Shown here: positions 30,807-40,147 of the stretch, in pieces
How positions within the stretch are numbered: the stretch's first letter is position 1
How the letters are laid out: every line of letters begins with the position of its first letter
Source: a virus
Taxonomy: Duplodnaviria; Heunggongvirae; Uroviricota; Caudoviricetes
Virus record (IMG/VR): IMGVR_UViG_2541047733_000004
Length of the DNA: 46,330 nt
Reading direction: 5' to 3' (one strand)
Position numbers and translations under genes: made by a program
Notes under the pieces: model-generated
The model's input: the letters and a program-made list of their open reading frames with translations, nothing else
Told to the model about the DNA's origin: nothing
The model's database searches: none

Positions 30807-31835
30807 ATGGGATTGTTTACGACCCGCCAGTTACTCGGTTATACCGAACAAAAAGTTAAATTTCGTGCGCTGTTTCTGGAGCTGTTTTTCCGCCGTACGG
30901 TGAATTTCCATACCGAAGAGGTGATGCTGGACAAAATTACCGGAAAAACGCCGGTGGCGGCCTATGTCTCCCCGGTTGTTGAAGGAAAAGTGCTGCGTCA
31001 TCGTGGTGGTGAAACCCGCGTGTTGCGTCCGGGCTACGTCAAGCCGAAACACGAATTTAATTACCAGCAGGCGGTTGAGCGCCTTCCTGGTGAAGATCCA
31101 TCTCAACTGAATGATCCGGCTTACCGCCGTCTGCGTATCATTACCGATAACCTCAAACAGGAAGAGCACGCGATTGTCCAGGTGGAAGAAATGCAGGCGG
31201 TAAATGCTGTGTTGTATGGCAAATACACCATGGAAGGAGACCAGTTCGAGAAAATTGAGGTCGATTTTGGCAGGTCGACGAAGAATAACATCACTCAGGG
31301 TAGTGGTAAGGAGTGGTCAAAACAGGATCGTGACACGTTCGATCCTACACATGATATTGACCTCTACTGCGACCTGGCCAGCGGTCTTGTGAATATTGCC
31401 ATTATGGACGGTACCGTCTGGCGTCTTCTGAATGGTTTTAAGCTGTTCCGCGAAAAACTGGATACCCGTCGCGGTTCAAATTCTCAACTCGAAACGGCAG
31501 TGAAAGATCTGGGCGCAGTGGTGTCCTTCAAGGGGTATTACGGCGATCTGGCCATTGTGGTGGCGAAAACGTCTTATATAGCAGAAGACGGTATCGAAAA
31601 ACGTTATCTTCCAGATGGCATGCTGGTTCTGGGGAATACTGCTGCAGATGGGATCCGTTGTTACGGTGCCATTCAGGATGCTCAGGCGTTGTCCGAAGGT
31701 GTGGTGGCCTCTTCCCGTTATCCGAAACACTGGCTGACGGTAGGGGATCCCGCCCGTGAATTTACCATGACGCAGTCCGCGCCGCTGATGGTGTTGCCGG
31801 ACCCGGATGAGTTTGTGGTGGTACAGGTGAAATAA
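30807..31835 (+). CDS. E: Major capsid protein E
   Basis: 342 aa, collinear with lambda gpE (...KPKHE.N...EEMQAV.AVL.GKYTM.G...RGSNS.LETAVKDLG...TGDPAREFTM.QSAPLM). Confidence 0.95.
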   Translation: MGLFTTRQLLGYTEQKVKFRALFLELFFRRTVNFHTEEVMLDKITGKTPVAAYVSPVVEGKVLRHRGGETRVLRPGYVKPKHEFNYQQAVERLPGEDPSQLNDPAYRRLRIITDNLKQEEHAIVQVEEMQAVNAVLYGKYTMEGDQFEKIEVDFGRSTKNNITQGSGKEWSKQDRDTFDPTHDIDLYCDLASGLVNIAIMDGTVWRLLNGFKLFREKLDTRRGSNSQLETAVKDLGAVVSFKGYYGDLAIVVAKTSYIAEDGIEKRYLPDGMLVLGNTAADGIRCYGAIQDAQALSEGVVASSRYPKHWLTVGDPAREFTMTQSAPLMVLPDPDEFVVVQVK

Positions 31836-31842
31836 TCCGTGA

Positions 31843-31872
31843 GCGGGGGCGAAATGCCCCCGTGTCTTTTTT
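31843..31872 (+). terminator. Terminator-like hairpin plus T-run between E and FI (possible attenuator)
   Basis: GCGGGGGC-GAAAT-GCCCCCGT followed by TCTTTTTT, immediately after the E stop. Confidence 0.4.
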
Positions 31873-31886
31873 CACAGGGGGCTGAT

Positions 31887-32261
31887 ATGGCAACGAAAGA
31901 GCAAAATCTGAAACGGCTTGATGAACTGGCCCTGATTCTGGGGCGTGAGCCGGATATATCCGGGAGTGCCGCAGAGATAGCGCAGCGGGTGGCAGAATGG
32001 GAAGAGGAAATGCAGTCATCCGGCGATGATGTACAGGTTATGAATATGGATATCCGGGAGCGGGAAACCGCGGCTCATGATGTTCGTGAGGAAACATCCG
32101 GCGCGTTAACGCGCATCAGAGTTCTGACCTGCCTCCATCTCTGTGGCGTTGATGGTGAAACGGGGGAATCCGTTGAGCTTGCGGATGTTGGTCGGGTGAT
32201 TCTGATTATGTCCTCAGATGCAAAAACACACGTTGATGGTGGAATGGCTGTTTATGCGTGA
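31887..32261 (+). CDS. FI: DNA-packaging protein FI
   Basis: About 125 aa from MATKEQNLKRLDELA; position between E and FII. Confidence 0.75.
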   Translation: MATKEQNLKRLDELALILGREPDISGSAAEIAQRVAEWEEEMQSSGDDVQVMNMDIRERETAAHDVREETSGALTRIRVLTCLHLCGVDGETGESVELADVGRVILIMSSDAKTHVDGGMAVYA

Positions 32262-32607
32262 TTTTCAGAATGCCTTTGATGCCGCCCTTGCCGGGGTGGA
32301 CAGTACGATTGTTGAAGTGATGGGCATCAGTGCGCAGTTCACCTCCGGTGCACAGCGTGGCGGCGAGGTTCATGGCGTTTTTGACGATCCGGAGTCGCTG
32401 GGTTTTGCCAGTAGTGGGATCCGTATTGAAGGAAGTAACCCGTCATTATTTGTGCTTACGGATACGGTTTGTGCTGTACGGCGTGGTGACACGCTGACCA
32501 TTAACGGCGAGATGTTCTGGGTGGACCGTGTTTCTCCGGATGACGGAGGGAGTTGTTATCTCTGGCTCAACCGGGGGCAACCACCTGCCGCCAGCCGTCG
32601 CCGCTGA
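32254..32607 (+). CDS. FII: Head-tail connector FII
   Basis: 117 aa; matches lambda gpFII (...GVFDDPE...SSPSLFV.TD.V...RRGDTLTI....FWVDRVSPDDGGSC.LWL.RG.PPA..RRR). Confidence 0.85.
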   Translation: MRDFQNAFDAALAGVDSTIVEVMGISAQFTSGAQRGGEVHGVFDDPESLGFASSGIRIEGSNPSLFVLTDTVCAVRRGDTLTINGEMFWVDRVSPDDGGSCYLWLNRGQPPAASRRR

Positions 32608-32618
32608 AAGGGGGATGT

Positions 32619-33197
32619 ATGGCCATAAAAGGTCTTGAGCAGGCCGTTGAAAACCTCAGCCGTATCAGCAAAACGGCAGTGCCTGGTGCCGCCGCAATGG
32701 CCATTAACCGCGTTGCTTCATCCGCGATATCGCAGTCGGCGTCACTGGTTGCCCGTGAGACAAAGGTACGCCGGAAACTGGTAAAGGAAAGGGCCAGGCT
32801 GAAAAGGGCCACGGTCAAAAATCCGCAGGCCAGAATCAAAGTTAACCGGGGGGATTTGCCCGTAATCAGGCTGGGTAATGCGCGGGTTGTCCTTTCGCGC
32901 CGCAGGCGTCGTAAAAAGGGGCAGCGTTCATCCCTGAAAGGTGGCGGCAGCGTGCTTGTGGTGGGTAACCGTCGTATTCCCGGCGCGTTTATTCAGCAAC
33001 TGAAAAATGGCCGCTGGCATGTCATGCAGCGTGTGGCCGGGAAAAACCGTTACCCCATTGATGTGGTGAAAATTCCGATGGCGGTGCCGCTGACCACGGC
33101 GTTTAAACAGAATATTGAGCGGATACGGCGTGAGCGTCTTCCGAAAGAGCTGGGCTATGCGCTGCAGCATCAACTGAGGATGGTAATAAAGCGATGA
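32619..33197 (+). CDS. Z: Tail completion protein Z
   Basis: 192 aa from MAIKGLEQAVENLSRISK...; lambda gpZ. Confidence 0.9.
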   Translation: MAIKGLEQAVENLSRISKTAVPGAAAMAINRVASSAISQSASLVARETKVRRKLVKERARLKRATVKNPQARIKVNRGDLPVIRLGNARVVLSRRRRRKKGQRSSLKGGGSVLVVGNRRIPGAFIQQLKNGRWHVMQRVAGKNRYPIDVVKIPMAVPLTTAFKQNIERIRRERLPKELGYALQHQLRMVIKR

Positions 33198-33589
33198 AAC
33201 ATACTGAATTCCGTGCAGCCGTACTGGATGCACTGGAAAAACATGACACCGGGGCGACGCTTTTTGATGGTCGCCCCGCTGTTTTTGATGAGGCGGATTT
33301 TCCGGCAATTGCCGTTTATCTCACCGGCGCTGAATACACGGGCGAAGAGCTGGACAGCGATACCTGGCAGGCGGAGCTGCATATTGAAGTTTTCCTGCCT
33401 GCTCAGGTGCCGGATTCAGAGCTGGATTCGTGGATGGAAAGCCGGATTTATCCGGCGATGAGCGATATCCCGGCACTGTCAGATTTGATCACCAGTATGG
33501 TGGCCAGTGGCTATGACTACCGGCGCGACGATGATGCGGGCCTGTGGAGTTCAGCCGATCTGACTTATGTCATTACCTATGAAATGTGA
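33194..33589 (+). CDS. U: Tail terminator U
   Basis: 131 aa, [43 protein letters not shown]...; lambda gpU. Confidence 0.9.
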   Translation: MKHTEFRAAVLDALEKHDTGATLFDGRPAVFDEADFPAIAVYLTGAEYTGEELDSDTWQAELHIEVFLPAQVPDSELDSWMESRIYPAMSDIPALSDLITSMVASGYDYRRDDDAGLWSSADLTYVITYEM

Positions 33590-33596
33590 GGACGAT

Positions 33597-34337
33597 ATGC
33601 CAACACCAAATCCTCTGGCACCGGTGAAAGGGGCCGGAACCACACTGTGGGTTTATAACGGGAGCGGCGACCCTTATGCAAACCCGCTTTCAGACAATGA
33701 CTGGTCGCGTCTGGCAAAAATTAAAGACCTGACGCCCGGCGAACTGACCGCTGAGTCCTATGACGACAGTTATCTCGATGATGAAGATGCGGACTGGACC
33801 GCGACCGGGCAGGGGCAGAAATCCGCCGGAGATACCAGCTTCACGCTGGCGTGGATGCCCGGAGAGCAGGGGCAGCAGGCGCTGCTGGCGTGGTTTAATG
33901 AAGGTGATACCCGTGCCTATAAAATCCGCTTCCCGAACGGCACGGTCGATGTGTTCCGTGGCTGGGTCAGCAGTATCGGTAAGGCGGTGACGGCGAAGGA
34001 AGTGATCACCCGTACGGTGAAGGTCACCAATGTGGGCCGTCCGTCAATGGCAGAAGATCGCAGTACGGTGACGGCGGCAACCGGTATGACCGTGACGCCT
34101 GCCAGCTCCTCGGTGGTGAAAGGGCAGAGCACCACGCTGACCGTGGCCTTCCAGCCGGAGGGCGCAACTGACAAGAGCTTCCGTGCGGTGTCAGCGGATA
34201 AAACAAAAGCCACCGTGTCGGTCAGTGGTATGACCATCACCGTGAACGGCGTTGCTGCAGGCAAGGTCAACATTCCGGTTGTATCCGGTAATGGTGAACT
34301 TGCTGCGGTTGCAGAAATCACTGTCACCGACAGTTAA
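33597..34337 (+). CDS. V: Major tail tube protein V
   Basis: 246 aa from [20 protein letters not shown]...; lambda gpV with C-terminal Ig-like domain. Confidence 0.9.
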   Translation: MPTPNPLAPVKGAGTTLWVYNGSGDPYANPLSDNDWSRLAKIKDLTPGELTAESYDDSYLDDEDADWTATGQGQKSAGDTSFTLAWMPGEQGQQALLAWFNEGDTRAYKIRFPNGTVDVFRGWVSSIGKAVTAKEVITRTVKVTNVGRPSMAEDRSTVTAATGMTVTPASSSVVKGQSTTLTVAFQPEGATDKSFRAVSADKTKATVSVSGMTITVNGVAAGKVNIPVVSGNGELAAVAEITVTDS

Positions 34338-34352
34338 TCCGGAGAGTCAGCG

Positions 34353-34775
34353 ATGTTCCTGAAAACCGAATCATTTGAACATAACGGCGTGACCGTCACG
34401 CTTTCTGAACTGTCAGCCCTGCAGCGTATTGAGCATCTCGCCCTGATGAAACAGCAGGCAGAACAGGCGGAGTCAGACAGCAACCGGCAGGTTACTGTGG
34501 AAGACGCCATCAGAACCGGTGCTTTTGTGGTGGCGATGTCCCTGTGGCATAACCATCCGCAGAAGACAAAGCAGCCTTCCATGAATGAAGCCGTTAAACA
34601 GATTGAGCAGGAAGTGCTTACCACCTGGCCCGCGGAGGCAATTTCTCATGCTGAAAACGTGGTGTACCGGCTGTCCGGTATGTATGGGTTTGTGGTGAAT
34701 GATGCCCCTGACCAGGCAGAGGACTCCGGGCCTGCAGAGCCTGTTTCTGCGGGAAAGTGTTCGACGGTGAGCTGA
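34353..34775 (+). CDS. G: Tail assembly chaperone G
   Basis: 140 aa, lambda gpG; ends just after the slippery heptamer GGGAAAG at 34751-34757. Confidence 0.9.
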   Translation: MFLKTESFEHNGVTVTLSELSALQRIEHLALMKQQAEQAESDSNRQVTVEDAIRTGAFVVAMSLWHNHPQKTKQPSMNEAVKQIEQEVLTTWPAEAISHAENVVYRLSGMYGFVVNDAPDQAEDSGPAEPVSAGKCSTVS

Positions 34776-35191
34776 GTTTTGCCCTGAAACTGGCGCGAGA
34801 GATGGGGCGACCTGACTGGCGCGCCATGCTTGCCGGGATGTCATCCACGGAGTATGCCGACTGGCACCGCTTTTACAGTACCCATTATTTTCATGATGTT
34901 CTGCTGGATATGCACTTTTCCGGGCTGACGTACACTGTGCTCAGCCTGTTTTTCAGCGATCCGGATATGCATCCGCTGGATTTCAGTTTGCTGAACCGGC
35001 GTGAGGATGACGAAGAGCCTGAAGATGATGTGCTGATGCAGAAAGCGGCAGGGCTTACCGGAGGCGTCCGCTTTGACCCGGACGGAAATGAAGTTATCCC
35101 CGCTTCCCCGGATATGGCGGGCATGACGGAGGATGACGTAATGCTGATGACAGTATCAGAAGGGATCGCAGGAGGAGTCCGGTATGGCTGA
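34757..35191 (+). CDS. T: T-frame segment of the G-T tail assembly chaperone (made by -1 frameshift from G)
   Basis: -1 frame ORF starting inside the end of G; the G / G-T arrangement is conserved in lambda-like tails. Confidence 0.85.
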   Translation: MFDGELSFALKLAREMGRPDWRAMLAGMSSTEYADWHRFYSTHYFHDVLLDMHFSGLTYTVLSLFFSDPDMHPLDFSLLNRREDDEEPEDDVLMQKAAGLTGGVRFDPDGNEVIPASPDMAGMTEDDVMLMTVSEGIAGGVRYG

Positions 35192-37745
35192 ACCGGTAGG
35201 CGATCTGGTCGTTGATTTAAGTCTGGATGCGGCCAGATTTGACGAGCAGATGGCCAGAGTCAGGCGTCATTTTTCCGGTACGGAAAGTGATGCGAAAAAA
35301 ACAGCGGCAGTCGTTGAACAGTCGCTGAGCCGACAGGCGCTGGCTGCACAGAAAGCGGGGATTTCCGTCGGGCAGTATAAAGCCGCCATGCGTATGCTGC
35401 CTGCACAGTTCACCGACGTGGCCACGCAGCTTGCAGGCGGGCAAAGCCCGTGGCTGATCCTGCTGCAACAGGGTGGTCAGGTTAAGGACTCCTTCGGCGG
35501 GATGATCCCCATGTTCCGGGGGCTTGCCGGTGCGATCACCCTGCCGATGGTCGGGGCCACCTCGCTGGCGGTGGCGACCGGTGCGCTGGCGTATGCCTGG
35601 TATCAGGGTAACTCAACCCTGTCCGATTTCAACAAAACGCTGGTCCTTTCCGGCAATCAGTCGGGTCTGACGGCAGATCGTATGCTGGTCCTGTCCAGAG
35701 CCGGGCAGGCGGCAGGGCTGACGTTTAACCAGACCAGCGAGTCACTCAGCGCACTGGTTAAGGCGGGAGTAAGCGGTGAGGCTCAGATTGCATCCATCAG
35801 CCAGAGTGTGGCGCGTTTCTCCTCTGCATCCGGCGTGGAGGTGGACAAGGTCGCTGAAGCCTTCGGGAAGCTGACCACTGACCCGACGTCGGGGCTGACG
35901 GCGATGGCGCGCCAGTTCCATAACGTAACGGCGGAGCAGATTGCGTATGTTGCTCAGTTGCAGCGTTCCGGCGATGAATCCGGGGCATTGCAGGCGGCGA
36001 ACGAGGCCGCAACGAAAGGGTTTGATGACCAGACCCGACGCCTGAAAGAGAACATGGGCACGCTGGAAACCTGGGCAGACAGGACAGCACGGGCATTCAA
36101 ATCCATGTGGGATGCGGTGCTGGATATTGGTCGTCCTGATACCGCTCAGGAGATGCTGATTAAGGCAGAGGCTGCGTTTAAGAAAGCGGACGACATCTGG
36201 AATCTGCGCAAGGATGATTATTTTGTTAACGATGAAGCGCGGGCGCGTTACTGGGATGATCGTGAAAAGGCCCGTCTTGCGCTTGAAGCCGCCCGAAAGA
36301 AGGCTGAACAGCAGAGTCAACAGGACAAAAATGCGCAGCAGCAGAGCGATACCGAAGCATCACGGCTGAAATATACCGAAGAGGCGCAGAAGGCTTACGA
36401 ACGGCTGCAGACACCGCTGGAGAAATATACCGCCCGTCAGGAAGAACTGAACAAGGCACTGAAAGACGGGAAAATCCTGCAGGCAGATTACAACACGCTG
36501 ATGGCGGCGGCGAAAAAGGATTATGAAGCGACGCTGAAAAAGCCGAAACAGTCCGGCGTGAAGGTGTCTGCGGGCGATCGTCAGGAAGACAGTGCTCATG
36601 CTGCCCTGCTGACGCTTCAGGCTGAACTCCGGACGCTGGAGAAGCATGCCGGAGCAAATGAGAAAATCAGCCAGCAGCGCCGGGATTTGTGGAAGGCGGA
36701 GAGTCAGTTCGCGGTACTGGAGGAGGCGGCGCAACGTCGCCAGCTGTCTGCACAGGAGAAATCCCTGCTGGCGCATAAAGATGAGACGCTGGAGTACAAA
36801 CGCCAGCTGGCTGCACTTGGCGACAAGGTTACGTATCAGGAGCGCCTGAACGCGCTGGCGCAGCAGGCGGATAAATTCGCACAGCAGCAACGGGCAAAAC
36901 GGGCCGCTATTGATGCGAAAAGCCGGGGGCTGACTGACCGGCAGGCAGAACGGGAAGCCACGGAACAGCGCCTGAAGGAACAGTATGGCGATAATCCTCT
37001 GGCGCTGAATAACGTCATGTCAGAGCAGAAAAAGACCTGGGCGGCTGAAGACCTGCTTCGCGGGAACTGGATGGCAGGCCTGAAGTCCGGCTGGAGTGAG
37101 TGGGAAGAGAGTGCCACGGACAGTATGTCGCAGGTTAAAAGTGCTGCCACGCAGACCTTTGATGGTATTGCGCAGAATATGGCGGCGATGCTGACCGGCA
37201 GTGAACAGAACTGGCGCAGCTTCACCCGTTCCGTGCTGTCCATGATGACAGAAATTCTGCTTAAGCAGGCAATGGTGGGGATTGTCGGGAGTATCGGCAG
37301 CGCTATTGGCGGGGCTGTTGGTGGCGGCGCATCCGCGTCAGGCGGTACAGCCATTCAGGCCGCTGCGGCGAAACTCCATTTTGCAACCGGAGGATTTACG
37401 GGAACCGGCGGCAAATATGAGCCAGCGGGGATTGTTCACCGTGGTGAATTTGTCTTCACGAAGGAGGCAACCAGCCGGATTGGCGTGGGAAATCTCTACC
37501 GGCTGATGCGCGGCTATGCCACCGGCGGTTATGTCGGTGGCACCGGAAGTCCGGCGCAAATGCGGCGTTCAGAGGGTATCAGGTTTGAGCAGAACAACAA
37601 CGTGGTGATTCAGAACGACGGTACGAATGGTCTGCCAGGTCCACAGATGATGAAGGCGGTGTATGACATGGCCCGCAAGGGTGCCCGTGATGAAATCCAG
37701 GCACAGATGCGCGATGGTGGTCTGTTCTCCGGAGGTGGACGATGA
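35184..37745 (+). CDS. H: Tape measure protein H
   Basis: 853 aa, the lambda gpH length; coiled-coil-rich with a Gly-rich C-terminal region. Confidence 0.95.
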   Translation: MAEPVGDLVVDLSLDAARFDEQMARVRRHFSGTESDAKKTAAVVEQSLSRQALAAQKAGISVGQYKAAMRMLPAQFTDVATQLAGGQSPWLILLQQGGQVKDSFGGMIPMFRGLAGAITLPMVGATSLAVATGALAYAWYQGNSTLSDFNKTLVLSGNQSGLTADRMLVLSRAGQAAGLTFNQTSESLSALVKAGVSGEAQIASISQSVARFSSASGVEVDKVAEAFGKLTTDPTSGLTAMARQFHNVTAEQIAYVAQLQRSGDESGALQAANEAATKGFDDQTRRLKENMGTLETWADRTARAFKSMWDAVLDIGRPDTAQEMLIKAEAAFKKADDIWNLRKDDYFVNDEARARYWDDREKARLALEAARKKAEQQSQQDKNAQQQSDTEASRLKYTEEAQKAYERLQTPLEKYTARQEELNKALKDGKILQADYNTLMAAAKKDYEATLKKPKQSGVKVSAGDRQEDSAHAALLTLQAELRTLEKHAGANEKISQQRRDLWKAESQFAVLEEAAQRRQLSAQEKSLLAHKDETLEYKRQLAALGDKVTYQERLNALAQQADKFAQQQRAKRAAIDAKSRGLTDRQAEREATEQRLKEQYGDNPLALNNVMSEQKKTWAAEDLLRGNWMAGLKSGWSEWEESATDSMSQVKSAATQTFDGIAQNMAAMLTGSEQNWRSFTRSVLSMMTEILLKQAMVGIVGSIGSAIGGAVGGGASASGGTAIQAAAAKLHFATGGFTGTGGKYEPAGIVHRGEFVFTKEATSRIGVGNLYRLMRGYATGGYVGGTGSPAQMRRSEGIRFEQNNNVVIQNDGTNGLPGPQMMKAVYDMARKGARDEIQAQMRDGGLFSGGGR

Positions 37746-38071
37746 AAACCTTCCGCTGGAAAGTGAAACCCGGGATGGATGTGACATCGGCTCCTTCCGT
37801 CAGGGAGGTGCGCTTTGGTGATGGCTATTCCCAGCGTGCGCCTGCCGGGCTGAACGCTGACCTGAAAACGTACAGCGTGACGCTGTCTGTCTCCCGTGAG
37901 GAGGCCACGGCGCTGGAGTCGTTTCTGGCTGAGCACGGGGGCTGGAAGGCCTTTCTGTGGACGCCGCCTTATGGTTACAGGCAGATAAAGGTGACCTGCG
38001 CAAAATGGTCGTCGCGGGTCAGTATGCTGCGTGTTGAGTTCAGCGCAGAGTTTGAACAGGTGGTGAACTGA
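37742..38071 (+). CDS. M: Minor tail protein M
   Basis: 109 aa; position and size as lambda gpM. Confidence 0.9.
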   Translation: MKTFRWKVKPGMDVTSAPSVREVRFGDGYSQRAPAGLNADLKTYSVTLSVSREEATALESFLAEHGGWKAFLWTPPYGYRQIKVTCAKWSSRVSMLRVEFSAEFEQVVN

Positions 38072-38769
38072 TGCAGGATATCCGGCAGGAAACATTGAAT
38101 GAATGCACCCGTGCGGAGCAGTCGGCCAGCGTGGTGCTCTGGGAAATCGATCTGACAGAGGTCGGTGGAGAACGTTATTTTTTCTGTAATGAGCAGAACG
38201 AAAAAGGTGAGCCGGTCACCTGGCAGGGGCGACAGTATCAGCCGTATCCCATTCAGGGGAGTAGTTTTGAACTGAATGGCAAAGGCACCAGTACGCGCCC
38301 CACGCTGACGGTTTCTAACCTGTACGGTATGGTCACCGGGATGGTGGAAGATCTGCAGAGTCTGGTCGGCGGAACGGTGGTCAGGCGTAAGGTTTACGCC
38401 CGTTTTCTGGATGCGGTGAACTTCGTCAACGGAAACAGCGACGCCGATCCGGAGCAGGAGGTGATCAGCCGCTGGCGCATCGAGCAGTGCAGCGAACTGA
38501 GTGCGGTCAGTGCCTCCTTTGTACTGTCCACACCGACGGAAACGGATGGTGCCGTTTTTCCGGGGCGCATCATGCTGGCTAATACCTGCACCTGGACCTA
38601 TCGCGGTGATGAGTGCGGTTATCACGGTCCGGCGGTCGCGGATGAATATGATCAGCCGACTTCCGATATCACGAAGGATAAATGCAGCAAATGCCTGAGC
38701 GGCTGTAAGTTTCGCAATAACGTCGGCAACTTTGGCGGCTTCCTTTCCATTAACAAACTTTCGCAGTAA
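38071..38769 (+). CDS. L: Minor tail protein L
   Basis: 232 aa with C-terminal Cys cluster (CSKCLSGC); lambda gpL. Confidence 0.9.
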   Translation: MQDIRQETLNECTRAEQSASVVLWEIDLTEVGGERYFFCNEQNEKGEPVTWQGRQYQPYPIQGSSFELNGKGTSTRPTLTVSNLYGMVTGMVEDLQSLVGGTVVRRKVYARFLDAVNFVNGNSDADPEQEVISRWRIEQCSELSAVSASFVLSTPTETDGAVFPGRIMLANTCTWTYRGDECGYHGPAVADEYDQPTSDITKDKCSKCLSGCKFRNNVGNFGGFLSINKLSQ

Positions 38770-38774
38770 ATCCC

Positions 38775-39518
38775 ATGACAGAGACAGAATCAGCGATTCT
38801 GGCGCATGCCCGGCGATGTGCGCCAGCGGAGTCGTGCGGCTTCGTGGTGAGAGCGCCGGAGGGGGAAAGATATTTTCCCTGCGTGAATATCTCCGGTGAG
38901 CCGGAGGCGTATTTCCGGATGGCTCCGGAGGACTGGCTGCAGGCAGAGATGCAGGGTGAGATTGTGGCGCTGGTCCACAGTCATCCCGGTGGTCTGCCCT
39001 GGCTGAGTGAGGCCGACCGGCGGCTGCAGGTGCAGAGTGATTTGCCGTGGTGGCTGGTCTGCCGGGGGGCGATTCATAAGTTCCGCTGTGTGCCGCATCT
39101 CACCGGGCGGCGCTTTGAGCACGGGGTGACGGACTGTTACACGCTGTTCCGGGACGCTTACCATCTGGCGGGGATTGAGATGCCGGACTTTCATCGTGAG
39201 GATGACTGGTGGCGTAACGGCCAGAATCTCTATCTTGATAATCTGGAGGCCACAGGGCTGTATCAGGTGCCGTTGTCAGCGGCGCAGCCGGGCGATGTGC
39301 TGCTGTGCTGCTTTGGTTCATCGGTGCCGAATCATGCCGCTATTTACTGTGGTGACGGCGAGCTGCTGCACCATATTCCTGAACAACTGAGTAAACGAGA
39401 GAGGTATACCGACAAATGGCAGCGACGCACACACTCCCTCTGGCGTCACCGGGCATGGCGCGCATCTGCCTTTACGGGGATTTACAACGATTTGGCCGCC
39501 GCATCGACCTTCGTGTGA
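38775..39518 (+). CDS. K: Tail assembly protein K (JAB/MPN plus NlpC/P60-like)
   Basis: MTETESAILAHARRCAPAESCGFVV...HSHPGG...; lambda gpK. Confidence 0.9.
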   Translation: MTETESAILAHARRCAPAESCGFVVRAPEGERYFPCVNISGEPEAYFRMAPEDWLQAEMQGEIVALVHSHPGGLPWLSEADRRLQVQSDLPWWLVCRGAIHKFRCVPHLTGRRFEHGVTDCYTLFRDAYHLAGIEMPDFHREDDWWRNGQNLYLDNLEATGLYQVPLSAAQPGDVLLCCFGSSVPNHAAIYCGDGELLHHIPEQLSKRERYTDKWQRRTHSLWRHRAWRASAFTGIYNDLAAASTFV

Positions 39519-40087
39519 AAACGGGGGCTGAAGCCATCCGCGCACTGGCCACACAGCTCCCGGTGTTTCGTCAGAAACTGAGCGACGGCTGGTATCAGGT
39601 ACGGATTGCCGGGCGGGACGTCAGCACGTCCGGGTTAACGGCGCAGTTACATGAGACTCTGCCTGATGGCGCTGTGATTCATATTGTTCCCAGAGTCGCC
39701 GGGGCCAAGTCAGGTGGCGTATTCCAGATTGTCCTGGGGGCTGCCGCCATTGCCGGATCATTCTTTACCGCCGGAGCCACCCTTGCAGCATGGGGGGCAG
39801 CCATTGGGGCCGGTGGTATGACCGGCATCCTGTTTTCTCTCGGTGCCAGTATGGTGCTCGGTGGTGTGGCGCAGATGCTGGCACCGAAAGCCAGAACTCC
39901 CCGTACACAGACAACGGATAACGGCAAACAGAACACCTATTTCTCCTCACTGGATAACATGGTTGCCCAGGGCAATGTTCTGCCGGTTCTGTACGGTGAA
40001 ATGCGCGTGGGGTCACGCGTGGTTTCTCAGGAGATCAGCACGGCAGACGAAGGGGATGGTGGTCAGGTTGTGGTGATTGGTCGCTGA
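39416..40087 (+). CDS. I: Tail assembly protein I
   Basis: 223 aa with Gly/Ala-rich hydrophobic C-terminal half; overlaps K as in lambda. Confidence 0.9.
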   Translation: MAATHTLPLASPGMARICLYGDLQRFGRRIDLRVKTGAEAIRALATQLPVFRQKLSDGWYQVRIAGRDVSTSGLTAQLHETLPDGAVIHIVPRVAGAKSGGVFQIVLGAAAIAGSFFTAGATLAAWGAAIGAGGMTGILFSLGASMVLGGVAQMLAPKARTPRTQTTDNGKQNTYFSSLDNMVAQGNVLPVLYGEMRVGSRVVSQEISTADEGDGGQVVVIGR

Positions 40088-40147
40088 TGCAAAATGTTTT
40101 ATGTGAAACCGCCTCCGGGCGGTTTTATCGTTTATGGAGCATGAGGA

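Noticed and set aside
35742-37354. Several 140- to 190-aa minus-strand ORFs inside the tape measure gene H
   Set aside because: Antisense frames of a GC-rich repetitive gene; low-complexity translations.
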